The notes below the pieces were generated by a model. The model did no database searches. It was not told the origin of the DNA and worked only from the letters and a program-made list of their open reading frames with translations. DNA of 32,342 nt, from contig JBPGPT010000047.1 in assembly GCA_051047955.1 (NCBI GenBank), positions 62,001-94,342 of the forward strand, written 5' to 3'. Numbering within the stretch: position 1 is the stretch's first letter; each line of letters starts with the position of its first letter. Shown piece after piece: positions 10,741-21,934 of this stretch. The stretch is from Cystobasidiomycetes sp. EMM_F5. Taxonomy: Eukaryota. The position numbers and the translations under genes are program-made.

Positions 10741-13700
10741 ATGAAGGTGAATTATCGAATCCGGCTAGCGGGGTGCGAACGAGTCTGACAAAGTTGTTGC
10801 GCAGGTATGAAGCGGAGCTGCTGGTTTGTAGAACACATCAGGTCTCAGCTAACCTCTGACGGCTTGGACAGTTTGGAAAGCAGCTCGCGGCGCAGCAGGT
10901 GCCAGTATGGGCTCGATTTTACATTGACTACAAAGGCTTGAAGAAGGTAGGAAGCTTTCCCGTTGCTGATACGGAGCACTGAAGCTGGATATACGTGCAT
11001 TCGCAGATTATCAATTCACTCGCCAAAGGCCGCCCAGCTGATGCAGCCCTGTTAGCCGCTGGGTATCGACCACCGTCGCATACGAACGCAAATCACAATG
11101 ACGTGCCTCAGGCTGCGCAAGAGTCCGCTGCGGAACTGCATGCCGCAGCGACGAGCCTGCAAAGAACCCCAAGCAGTCTTCACCCGGAAGCATCAGGCGA
11201 AAGTGCCCTACTGCAAGCACATAAAGCGGCATTCTTCTTCAAGCTGGAACGAGAGTTAGAGAAGGTCAATTCTCTGTACTTCATTGCTCAAGCCTGCAAA
11301 GCTGATATTGAGTCAATCTTCAGATCAATGCATTCTATCTGCAGAAAGAGTCTGAATTCAAGAGTCGGATGCGTGCACTCATTGACAAGCGCAAGACGAT
11401 ACAGACACATCTAGGAGGTACGCTATCTCGCGAGTCAGCCGCTTTCAATGCGTTATACGATGGTCTCCGCTACTTTGAACGCGATCTCAGTAAACTGCAG
11501 GTAAGCCAGAAGTTGCCCGAATTGTCTTATTAGCAGATTGCTCAATCCTTCACTCCCCAGAATTATGTGGAGATGAACGCTACTGGCTTTCGCAAGATCC
11601 TGAAGAAATGGGACAAGCGGTCCAAATCGTCTACTAAAGAATTGTATCTATCGCGACAAGTGGATGTGCAACCCTGTTTCAATCGGGAAGTCATAAGCGA
11701 ACTCTCCGACACGGCGGCCGCCAATATTCGCAAGCTTGAAGGACTCTGTACGCCCCGCGGTGGGGAACATACCATAGATCCCGCGGCCGATGGCATCCTG
11801 AGCGAACGGAAAATCAACGTTGCTCTTTCGGCTACGGATGGGCAAGATGACGTCCTGAGTGACTTGGAAACGGAACTCATTGCCGCAATTCGAGCCAAAA
11901 ACAAGCACGCAGTTGACAATATCATGAGCGGACTCCCAAATGCAGATGGACTCGACAACGAGGTGCATCTGCAACTAGCGCGGATCTTTTGGCGCGCAGC
12001 AATCTCAGAAGATCCCGCGAGTCCTGCCCTCCTCGATCGCTCTCGCCTCAACTTCACATTTGTGGACGACATCAATGGTCGCACGCCGCTCATCACCTCA
12101 GCTGTGAAAGGCAGACTAGATCTCGTACGCCTGTGCATTGACAATGGCATCGCTGTGGGACATCGTGACATTTATGGCAGAGAAGCACTACATTATGCCG
12201 CTATGGTCAGCCGGGAAGTCTGTTCATATCTCATTCAGCAGGGCGCAAGCGTAGATGCGATTGACTTTGATGGCCAGAGTCCGCTCATTTACGCTATTCT
12301 GCATGGCGAAGTCGAGTGCGTCAGAAGTCTCATCAGGAACCGCACGTCGTCTCAGCGACCAGCAGGAGAGTCCGTCTTACCGCTGTCGCAGGCAGCCAAA
12401 CAAGGTGTCGTACCGATCGTGTCGTTACTCTTGGAGCATGGCCATGCGATTGTACCAGACGCGTCTGGCTTCCTGCCGCAGCATATTGCTGCAAAAGAAG
12501 GGCATGTTGAGGTGCTGGACATCCTTCTCAGAGCAGGCGCAAGCATAGATGCGCAGGACAAGTTTGCAAATTGGACACCTCTGTTCCATGCTGCGAATGA
12601 AGGTCATATTGATTGCGTACGAGCATTGATGCGAGCTGGCGCGAGTGTCACGGCCATCGACGATCAAGGGAAGACTGCTCTACACCACGCCGCTTGGAGC
12701 GGACATCCGCAGCTGGTTACCATACTTCTGCAAGCAAGTCCGCCTGTCCGGCCGAAAGTCACATCGCCGACGCCTCTGCAGCCTCGCAAACGCACAGCGG
12801 CAGACGTGGTCAATGACGATATGGATCTCGATAGCGATATGATACCCGATCTCTCTCTGCCGCCGCCTGCACTACCTTTACGCACGTACGGACACGGCTA
12901 CCTCGACAATAAATCCAGCCTTGTTCAAATCACTCTCGGGCATCCTACAACCACTTCGCAGCAGGTTGCTCCCATGCGTTTCCATCGGCAAGATCAGCCT
13001 TCTTCCACTAAGCTTGTTGTAAGCTCACAGCAAGACACGCTTGGCGCTCCTCACACCGTCATGCTTCCGCTCGGTGACGACAGGGAAACTATTTCTATCT
13101 TTATAGACTCCTTGAGCACCTTCACCTTGACCATCGACGTTTTTCCCACTTTCGGCTCGCGGCTATTCGGCAGAGCTGTCTGTCTACCGGGAACATTCTC
13201 GGATCTGAAGAGTGTAGAAGCTTACACAATACCGGTTCTGGACACGCATCTGAACGTCGTAGGAGAAGTCAACTTTGAAGCCAGCTACATTCAACATTTC
13301 GAAAATTTGCAGTTGGCGATAGGCGGTCGTTTGGAGACGTACTGGAAGTCGACATCGACCGAACCGCCGCCAATCAGCAAATTACTCGGCAGCAAGCCAC
13401 TTGCTCCTGCTCAAGACTCATCCTTCCTTACCGCGTCCTCGCTCGAGGGTGACTACGTCAAAGTTGTCGTCCAAGTGACGCGTGATTACGTTCCTGTCAC
13501 TTTCCCACGGTGGCAGCTTCCCCCAGAAATGTATGATCTGATGCTAAATGCTACGACTAGTCGGCAGCTCGGCGCCCTCGCAGCCATCAACAGTCAAACA
13601 CTTCAGCAAGCCACTTTGCCACGAACGAGTTCGCCGCATGACTGGTACCGGACCCTTAGCGGTGTGATCGCACCTCTACAAGACGTGTTTGCGGTGAGTG

Positions 13701-14411
13701 CGACTTCTACCTGGGTCGATGTCTTTACTCATGCGTGCCATTGATCACAGGTATTGCCTGACGATCTTGGCCTCAATATCGAAGTGCGGTATCCTACACC
13801 CTCCGACTGTTCCAGATTGGACATACGAGCGCCGATCGAAGTCAATACCTTTATCGACGCGATCCTTGCAGTAGTGTATGCGAATACATTGGCAAGCACA
13901 GGAAAACCACGTCGAATCATCTTTTCGTCCTTCTCACCGGCGGCCTGTGCTGCTCTCAACTGGAAACAGCCCAACTGTATGCATACTCTGCCTGGTCACA
14001 CACATTCTGCCCGATGCTGACATCTGTGCATTACCTAGATGCTGTTCTATTTTCAAGCTATTGCGGCCTGTCTCGAAGCACGCCAGAAGGTCAGCTCAAT
14101 CCGCCGCATCGGACAGAGCTGGACAAAAGGTGTACAAGCATTGAAGGGGCTGTCAAGTTCGCAAAGGCGAACAATCTCCTTGGCGTGTCACTCGACGCTG
14201 CAATTATTGTAAGCATGCTTCACGAAGGTCTGTGCCTGTATATCCGCCTGACTTTCGGGTTCCCCTTGCCCTTTCTGCGCAGATGCAAGTGCCCTCGCTC
14301 GTTACCAGCATCAAGGAGACTGGCATATTATTGGCGCTATTTGGAGCAGGTGCAGCGACGTTGCCCAATGTCGATGCCTATGCTCGGTCGGACGGCGTCC
14401 TCTCTGCTTGA
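10741..14411 (+). CDS. PHO81: SPX-ankyrin-GDPD-like CDK inhibitor (Pho81/Nuc-2 family)
   Basis: SPX domain: MK|FGKQLAAQQVPVWARFYIDYKGLKK|IIN, FFFKLERELEK|INAFYLQKE, NYVEMNATGFRKILKKWDKRSKS. Ankyrin repeats: GRTPLI, GQSPLIYA, WTPLFHAANEGH, GKTALHHAA. Also PPPALPLRTYGHGYL and a GDPD-like C-terminus (RIIFSSFSP, LNWKQPN, AVKFAKANNLLG). Stop TGA at 14409-14411. Confidence 0.95.
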
Positions 14412-15015
14412 TCTTCCTTTTCTATTGTGCAAATGTAGAGGCGAGTGTATATATACACACCGTACATACTCGATGGTGCAATAGAGCATATTACGAATGC
14501 ATTCCGGCCAGAGCGTAAGTTAACGCGGTCTTGTGGGACCCTTCAACCCGGCGGGGCTGGCCAGGCACCAGCTGGAGCGACGCTCAACTTGGCCTGTTGT
14601 TGTGAACCCATAGCTGGCAGTCTATCCTGAATGTGCGTCATGAATTGGACTGAGAACCATTGAAGACGCATTCCAGTGACCACCTCGCTGTTGAATGACA
14701 TGCCAAAACTGCGATCACGTTTGTTCGAGTTCTTTTGTTGGCTCTTTTGTCTGGCGTTAGTGACCGAAGACGCTGAACGCGCAGGGTAGACGTTGAGAAT
14801 AGAGAGCTGTGTCGACAAATTGCCAGTCTTTCTGTCTTTGAGCCTTTGCGCAATCACAGCTTCCCTCTGCTTTCTTCAGTGTCTGCATTGCATTCGTCGC
14901 GTTTCTAAGGTACGGCTGGTGGCAAGCACTCGAGAGACCTCTGCAAGAGCTGATTGCTTTGCGAACGACGCGCGTATTCGACAGCTTTTAATACATTCCA
15001 CACAATCTACTCAAC

Positions 15016-15804
15016 ATGCGCACATACACCACATTTGCAGTAGCCGCCATCGCAGCTGTAGTATCCGTGAACGCGGCAGCTCTTGTTGCTCGACAGAATC
15101 CTCCGGCATGGTGAGCGTTGCTTGTAGCAGAATATTACTGCTTCCATCTTATCCGTTTTTCATTTCCAGCTTCCTTCCATGCATCGCTTCTTCAGCCGGC
15201 AGTATCGGATGCTCGCCAGTGAGTTGGATGCAACTTGAAAGACGCCAAAGCGATTGCTGAGCCAACACTCTTCTTGCACAGAACGATGCACAATGCTTGT
15301 GCTCTTCGACAGCCTTCATTAACACCGTAGCTGTCTGCTTCGCCAAGCAATGCAACTCAGCTGATGCGCAGACCGGTACGCTTTTGGGCCAACAGGTTCG
15401 TCTTCAGGATTGTTTCCAGACTGGCAGCAGGATACTGATCTTGTCTTGCTCGACGACAGCTTTGCGCGCAGATCGGCATTTCCGTCACTATTCCTGCTGC
15501 TGCCGCCTCGGCCCTGGCATCTGGTAGTACCGGTGTATCCGGGAGCGGCGCGGGAACTACATCTTCAAGAGCATCTTCATCTGCCGCATCTTCTTCTGTT
15601 ACATCTTCGTCCTCGCGCCCAGCTTCCTCTAGCTCGGCCGCACCAGCTGCACCCACCAGTGCACCATCAAGCAGCGCCGCTCCAGCTTCTGCGGCAGCTC
15701 CTGCGTCCACTTCAACCAAGCCGAACAACAGCGCTTCGAGTCTTGTAGCTAGCGGCGCCCTGGCCGGTCTTGCGGTTATCGGTGCCGTCTTCGCAGCACT
15801 ATGA
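15016..15804 (+). CDS. CFEM-domain, Ser/Ala-rich, probably GPI-anchored cell-surface protein
   Basis: Signal peptide MRTYTTFAVAAIAAVVSVNA; 8-Cys CFEM (PAC|FLPCI...GCSP|NDAQCLCSS...VCFAKQC...|LC); S/A/T stalk; hydrophobic tail NNSASSLVASGALAGLAVIGAVFAAL*. A probable 5'-UTR intron lies at about 14910-14984. Confidence 0.9.
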
Positions 15805-16290
15805 GCATGCTTGGGGAGAAACGCAGATACGTTAGGCACTGAGGACAGAGAGTGGTTGGCATTAGTGGTCCAGTAGTAGAGCAGATTTGTCATGTAAGGG
15901 TGATGGGGAACAAACGTGCGTTGCAGTCGGCAGGACAGAAAAATTGGCTTGCGCTGTGCCAAGTCTCATACGGCCACGTCGTGCGAATTTCCTTTTTCGG
16001 TAAATTGTAGACTGGCCAGTTCGAAGACTCTTCCCTCCCTTCGCTTTCTGTCATGAAGGCAGAGCGCGACAAGTACTGCTTGGAGAAGAGTGTCCGTCGC
16101 GCGCGATTGGATGGGCTCTGCGCCAAATTGAAGAAAACTTAGTATTCAGCTAACCGTGCGACTGGGTTTTGGACCGTACAGAACTCGCATTATTGTATCT
16201 CGCAAGGCAAGCAATAACATTCTGCGGGAAATCTGCATACAGGCCGCCAGCTGTGCTGATACAACTTCTGCCACCGATGTTTCGCCCATG

Positions 16291-16779
16291 TCAACGCCCT
16301 GACTGCCTAGCCTGACGGCGGACTTCGGAGTGAGAGCGCGTGCGTCCCTGAGCGGCTGGGATTGGCGAGGCGGAGCCGCCATTGCGGGGCAATGGCGATA
16401 CATCGCGGACAACCGGCGAGGATTGAGTGATCTGATGCGATGGCCGCCCTCGGGTGGCATTGAGCGTCACGGACCGGGAAGCCAGGTCACCTGAACCAAC
16501 TGGTTGACGACTAACAGATAAGGAACCAGACTGTGATGATTCAGTATTCGCCGGTATCGTTAATGCAGGCCGTTCATTTCGTGAGCCTGCGCGGGGAATT
16601 GCCCATGGCATCGAAGTCACTATAAGAACTGGCCGAGCTCTTTGCACCGTACGCTCTGGTTCTGAATCACTGTTGTCGCTATCGCTGAATGGGATTGGTT
16701 CGTGAGCCATCCTGTTGCTGCGAGGCCACTGTCGCATCTGACGAAGCTGCCGGCTGCGCTCACTGCTCCGACTGGGCAT
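16291..16779 (-). CDS. Hypothetical Ser/Arg/Pro-rich low-complexity protein
   Basis: 162-codon ORF from ATG 16779 (MPSRSSER...FSDSDNSDSEPE...) filling the gap between the two CFEM genes. No recognisable domain; it may be spliced or non-coding. Confidence 0.3.
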   Translation of the reverse strand: MPSRSSERSRQLRQMRQWPRSNRMAHEPIPFSDSDNSDSEPERTVQRARPVLIVTSMPWAIPRAGSRNERPALTIPANTESSQSGSLSVSRQPVGSGDLASRSVTLNATRGRPSHQITQSSPVVRDVSPLPRNGGSASPIPAAQGRTRSHSEVRRQARQSGR

Positions 16780-17197
16780 GATCACCGGAAAGATTGGGAT
16801 TGGGAGGTAGCAGCGTGTGGGTTTCGTGTCTTATGCGGGAAGCTGTGGATGTTAAGAATGCAAGGCTGCACGGCGCGATTCGTATGCTTCAAAAGAGTGA
16901 GCTCTACAAGACAAGAACAGCCAAGGCATAGGAGAAACACATATCACTGCATTGCTGCGTGCGCGATGAAAATTGTAAGACCATAGTGGCGGTGAGCGTG
17001 GATTTGTCCATATTGGTCGTCATTGTGCGGTACCTTTTGGCGCCACCAGCTCGTACTTTGCTCGACACGTCAAACAGCTTCGGCTTCAACCCGATGAAGG
17101 GCTTTTCATTGCTCTTTGTCTCACGCTTGAGATCTGCGTGCGCGGTACTTGCCGAACGCAGATACAGAACCAACGAGCGCATTGCAGCTGTTTGAGC

Positions 17198-18098
17198 ATG
17201 TACGGCTGGACAATTTCTGGCATATTGCTAATCGCAACATGGTTGCACACATCGGTGCTGCTTTGTAGGGGTCTGTCTGTCAGACAATTGCCGTCATGGT
17301 CAGTACGGTCCGGTGCTACGGAATCCGTCAGGGCAGAATGACTGTATCTTCTGTTCAGCGCCAATGACTGCTTTGGAGCGTCCGTGAGCAAGGAAGGATG
17401 CAGTCAGAACGGTAAATGTTGGGTCGCGAAGCTCTGAAAACGATTTGCTGATACGCTACATTGCAGACGTGAATTGCTTCTGCGCCAAGTCCGATCTCGC
17501 TCAAGTGGTCGCTGCATGTGTCTCGACCGGGTGAGTGAGGATTTGACACACGTTTCCGCGTGACTAACATGTGAATGGTCGGTTTGCAGATGTTCCTCCA
17601 AGTATGTAGAAGCGCCTTGCCGTAGCGTCACATGCTCATCCAACATGTTTTCCGCTTCCGAAGCCGGGACCAGCAAGCCGGTGTCGACTTTGTCAGCGGC
17701 GTATGCTCTGCTGCTGGCTACTCTTGGCCGAATGACAATGCAGCCAGCGCCATCTTGAGTTCCGCCAGTATCCGCCGCTCCGAAGGAATCGCTCAGCCCA
17801 GTCGTACGCGGACGACCACGATCACAACAGCCACAGTCGTAGTCACCGTTACTGTTTTCCCGACCGGAGATGCCGCTGGACAGGGAAGTGGCCCTACAGT
17901 GACGACAACCAGCTACACCTCCACGGAAACGCTGACGCTGACGGTAAGTCGCGCCATCTGCATCTTGTCATCCCGAGACGCGAACTGATTAGACTCTGAC
18001 AGTTGACTGGCAACGGGGCGAAGGCGTTTCTGCCACGATTATTGTCTGCGGTGTGCATGCTTACGGCCATATTATTGTATAGACCCATGCTGTGGTAG
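17198..18098 (+). CDS. Second CFEM-domain, Thr-rich, probably GPI-anchored protein
   Basis: Signal peptide MYGWTISGILLIATWLHTSVLLC. CFEM assembled from small exons: LPSC|ANDCFG...GCSQN|DVNCFCAK...AACVSTG|CSS|NRDQQAG...VC. Thr-rich stalk and hydrophobic tail LLSAVCMLTAILLYRPMLW*. Confidence 0.85.
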
Positions 18099-18128
18099 AC
18101 GGAATCGTAGACCGCATAGCAGCCTCCG

Positions 18129-19339
18129 TCACAAGCGGCCTTTAGGCGACTTTGGCAATGGGCTGCCAACTTTGTCGAAGGTCTGCATCCATGAAACAAT
18201 GTGCTCGACGACCTCGTCAAAACGTTTGAGATAGTTGTGATCTGCGCCATTCATGATTTTCAGGGTGCTACTTCCATTGTTCAGGCGTTTGGAGAGTATC
18301 CTGTGATAAGTGTGACCGTCGTCTACCGGAACAACCTACCACATTCTGTGAGTGACTGGCACCCGACCCGTGGCATCCCCATCTTACCTCGTCTGCGTCC
18401 CCGTGAATGGTCAGGACATGCGTGCTCTACATTGTCTCACATATGTCAAGAACCGGCTCTTCGGACGTAATCAGGACAACTCACCCGAGGAAAAGAGTGC
18501 TCGACAAACGAGGTATCGTGATTCACAAATTCCTCAAATTGGTCAGGCGTTATCTGAAGTGAGAGCGATGAGCTGCGGTTACAGTTGCCCGCTTACGCCA
18601 TTGACTAGTTACCAGCGTACCTTTACAGCAACATTTTGCCCCTGTATTCTCAGTTTCCACTCGTAGAAGCCATGCTGGGCGAACGCAGGATAGTATCGCG
18701 GCCCCATTATGGCTATGCCGAATGATTCAGATACACATAGCAGAGTACTCCTAATATTTGGCCGGACTTACACTTTGCACGCTGCATATCGTGTCGCCCG
18801 CTCAGATTCACAAAGTATGGTGGCGGCGAAGGCGTCTGTGAAAGATACATAAAGGAGGAAAGAGCGCCCTTGGAGTGTCCAATTACTGTGTGCGACTATC
18901 GGCTGAGCCCGATATTCAAGAAACGCGCATCCTCACATAGGGTGACCCGGTACCGGTACTCCGTCTCGAGAAATGCTATGACACTTTGAAGCTCGTCCAC
19001 ATCGCGCTGCAGATTGCACATATGCCATTCCCAGTCCGGCTGGTTATACTTGGCATGCGTGAAATCGAAGCGGAATGAGTCTACATGGAGCTTTTCGTCG
19101 ATAGCCTGTGCCAATTTTCGATGATATCTGGAGGGCCTACAGTCAGCAGGCTTCCGGATTGAACCCAGGATATGGCGAATGTACGTTTGATTCTTGTGAG
19201 CCATCTGGCCGTGCAAAAGCAAGGCTATTCCGTCAGTGTGCTTGCCCGGCTCGCAGCGACGCAGTATGCCGGGTAGGAATGTCTGCCGGCATGGGACATT
19301 GAGGAGCTCTTCTCGCTCAGAGTTAGCTTCTTGAGGCAT
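18129..19339 (-). CDS. Alpha/beta hydrolase (serine hydrolase)
   Basis: LLLHGQMAHKN, SFRFDF, nucleophile motif IGHSKGA, VLTIHGDADE|VVPVDDG, GADHNY (Ser-Asp-His triad). C-terminus is ...PKGRL*. Confidence 0.9.
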
Positions 19340-19650
19340 CTCTGGTGTTGAATATGTATCGTATTTCTAGCTCGACTCCAATGTATTTTGGATACTCTCG
19401 ACTCTCGAAATGGCCAACCAGAAACCTGAATGAGGAATGACCACTGCTGCGACTCTGACAGTCAAGATCTGAGTGGAATTGAGTCACCTTGACGGCTGGC
19501 ATCAAGAAGCATTGTTTCGCGTCAAATTGGATGGCCGCAGAGTAATAACAGACCACGCTCGTTTCTGAAAGACGCACGGCAGCTTTGGTGGATATCCAGC
19601 TTCAGGTGGAGCATACGGTCCACTCCACGACTTGCATACCATCGCTCGCA

Positions 19651-21895
19651 ATGGCTTCCACCAAGGACTTCTTGTCCATTCAAAGCGCGACCGCAGGACC
19701 ACCTCCGGCTCCGAGCTATGCTGGACTCGTCAAGACCGTACTAAAGTATCGCCAGAAGCGTGTCTACATCCTCGCATTTGCTGGGACGGCAGTCTTGTTG
19801 CCGCTCGCAACATTTCCAGTAGCGGGACTCGGTGTGTAACGACCATGTCAAATTATAAGACAAGTAGACTGCAATGCCTGGCTGACATTCAGACGTTCGA
19901 AACAGATGCCATACTAGCTTGGTTGTATCCCACGGCCTGGGCAGTACTGTTGCTCGGTTGGGTTAGTACATTGCCAGTCTTCGTCGCTCGAAAGCAGTAC
20001 CTCTCCGCAACGCCAGCTGCACACAAGGACCGTATATCTGCGTACTATGCTCTCCTCACCCTCCGTGCCGCAAAATTTACATTCCTGGCTTATAGCATAG
20101 GCGCTGCTCTTTTCACGTCAGCTTACGTTTTTATGCTTACCTGGCTGGTTCCGACCCGATCCTACCTGGCCCTAACGAGAACGCCAGGACGTGATCTCAT
20201 CGCAATCAACGAACGCTGTGTCTACATCGCTGTCTGTGTGTTGGCCTCGACCGCAACCTACGCCATCCGACAAATTCTAGCAAACAGGCAAATTCTCAGA
20301 TTCGATGCTGAGCAGGTGAGCTATAATCGATTGCGTTCCACGATCGTCGTGGTTCTCAACTTCCTTCATGTGCTTAGCATACCCTTGCGTCGCGGTTACA
20401 AGCCCGATTGAGCAAGAACGCGCCTGCTTGCCTGGCTACGGCTGTATCATCCAACTTTACGGCGCTAGGCTTGTACTTATTGCTCAAGAGGTCTGCATTG
20501 CGATTCATCATTTATCGTATACCAGGTGGCCGCATTCTTAGGTTAGTTGGTCTTACTTTCCGGTGCTTCTGGCCCCAGCTGACTCCTATGTTTACATCCG
20601 ATAGACCATACCTGCTCAGCATGCTTCGTGCGAACCATGTGACGGCATCTTTAATACTTGCGGCACTTTCTGCTTCGATTTCCTTCCTTTTACTTGTCGA
20701 GCTTGCGAACAGCCTAGCGGATGTGTACTACTCCCAGGTATGCAATTTTTTTGCGCATGACGTGTTTGGGCCGATCAAGCTAATGCGCATTCAGCCAATG
20801 CTATTGTCAGCCTACTCAGCAGATCCTCGCGGTAGCCTTGTGAACGGCTTGCGAGATGGCGATCCATATATCCGGAGGTTTGCATATCTTGAATTAGCGC
20901 AAGTATGCTCATCCGATGCATCGCGCCGTATTGATATGTTCACCGATATCAAAACGCATACATACGAGGCTGTAGTAAAGGAATGTCTTTTGCAACTAGG
21001 AAGGTCGTACCGTAATCTGCAAGGGCGAGGTGGCAATCCGCGATCTGCTGCTCCTTTAGCTGCTCGGGCTACCGGGACAGGCGGTTCTGCAAGTCCTCAA
21101 GATTCCCATCGGATACCCATCGCCAAGGAGCCCGCGTTCGCACCTTCCAGACTGTCTGGTCTGGAGAAAATCGCCTCATGGGTGAACACTTTGACTGGCT
21201 CGCAATCTTCACCTTCACAGACTGGTACCGCAATTAAGGCTGCCCTCGTTGCGCCGTCAGCGGCATCTGCACTGGCAAGTGTGCCGCCGATCCTCCAGAG
21301 GCGTTTACCCGATGCCGTCAAGACCGCTGCCACAACGGTGGACAAGAAGGTTGAGAATGCGCAAGCCATCGTACAAAGGGCAGAAAAGACGGTATTCGAT
21401 CGCTTCGAAGCCTTGACGCCTCGGTCAATAGCAAAATCCGCTGGGTATAAACATCTTTTTGACGCACAGATAGCTGCAGATGTGGCTCGATGCCTCCCAA
21501 ATGCAGATCTCGACAAGTCTGCGGCAATTGCACTCGGGTCTCTGTTGATGGCGTCAATCAAAGAAGATCAGTACGGCGTGGCGCAAGCCGATATCGCGAA
21601 GGTACTAGAAGCCTTCGTGCTGTATATGAAAGTGGTAGACGGCTACATCGTCGAGCTCAAGCAGTCTGTTGAGAAAGGCTTGTATGCGCAAGGTGCGGTG
21701 GAAACAACAGTCCATTCCATCGTTCGGCCCCTGTCGGAGGGTACGCTGTGCATTCAAGTAGCTGGCCCGTGACTAAATTCTTGTTCGACAGCTCTTCGGA
21801 ACAATGTAGTCGGCATCTTGCATACATTCGGGCCATACTTGCACGAAATCAAATTTCCACCGCACATTGCAGCACAATTGCAAGATTTGGTCTGA
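19651..21895 (+). CDS. NDC1: Nucleoporin NDC1 (transmembrane nucleoporin)
   Basis: Several N-terminal hydrophobic segments, INERCVY, FAYLELAQVCSSDASRRIDMFTD, and the hallmark ALGSLLMASIKEDQYGVAQADIAKVLEAF. Last exon is ALRNNVVGILHTFGPYLHEIKFP...*. Confidence 0.88.
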
Positions 21896-21934
21896 CAGGC
21901 GTAGTGACGGAGATGCATCGGAGCGGGAAGACTG

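Noticed and set aside
10807..10812. Second ATGAAG inside the PHO81 first intron as an alternative start
   Set aside because: No donor follows it that joins in frame to TTTGGAAAG at 10872, and unspliced it does not give the SPX start.
15357..15962. 201-aa minus-strand ORF
   Set aside because: It is the antisense shadow of the Ser/Ala-rich stalk of the first CFEM gene.
16904..17195. Overlapping short ORFs on both strands just upstream of the second CFEM gene
   Set aside because: No recognisable motifs or splice structure; more likely promoter or UTR sequence.
2829..21895. RanGAP and NDC1 in one window as a nuclear-transport cluster
   Set aside because: They are 15 kb apart with many unrelated genes between them, which is consistent with chance in a compact genome.
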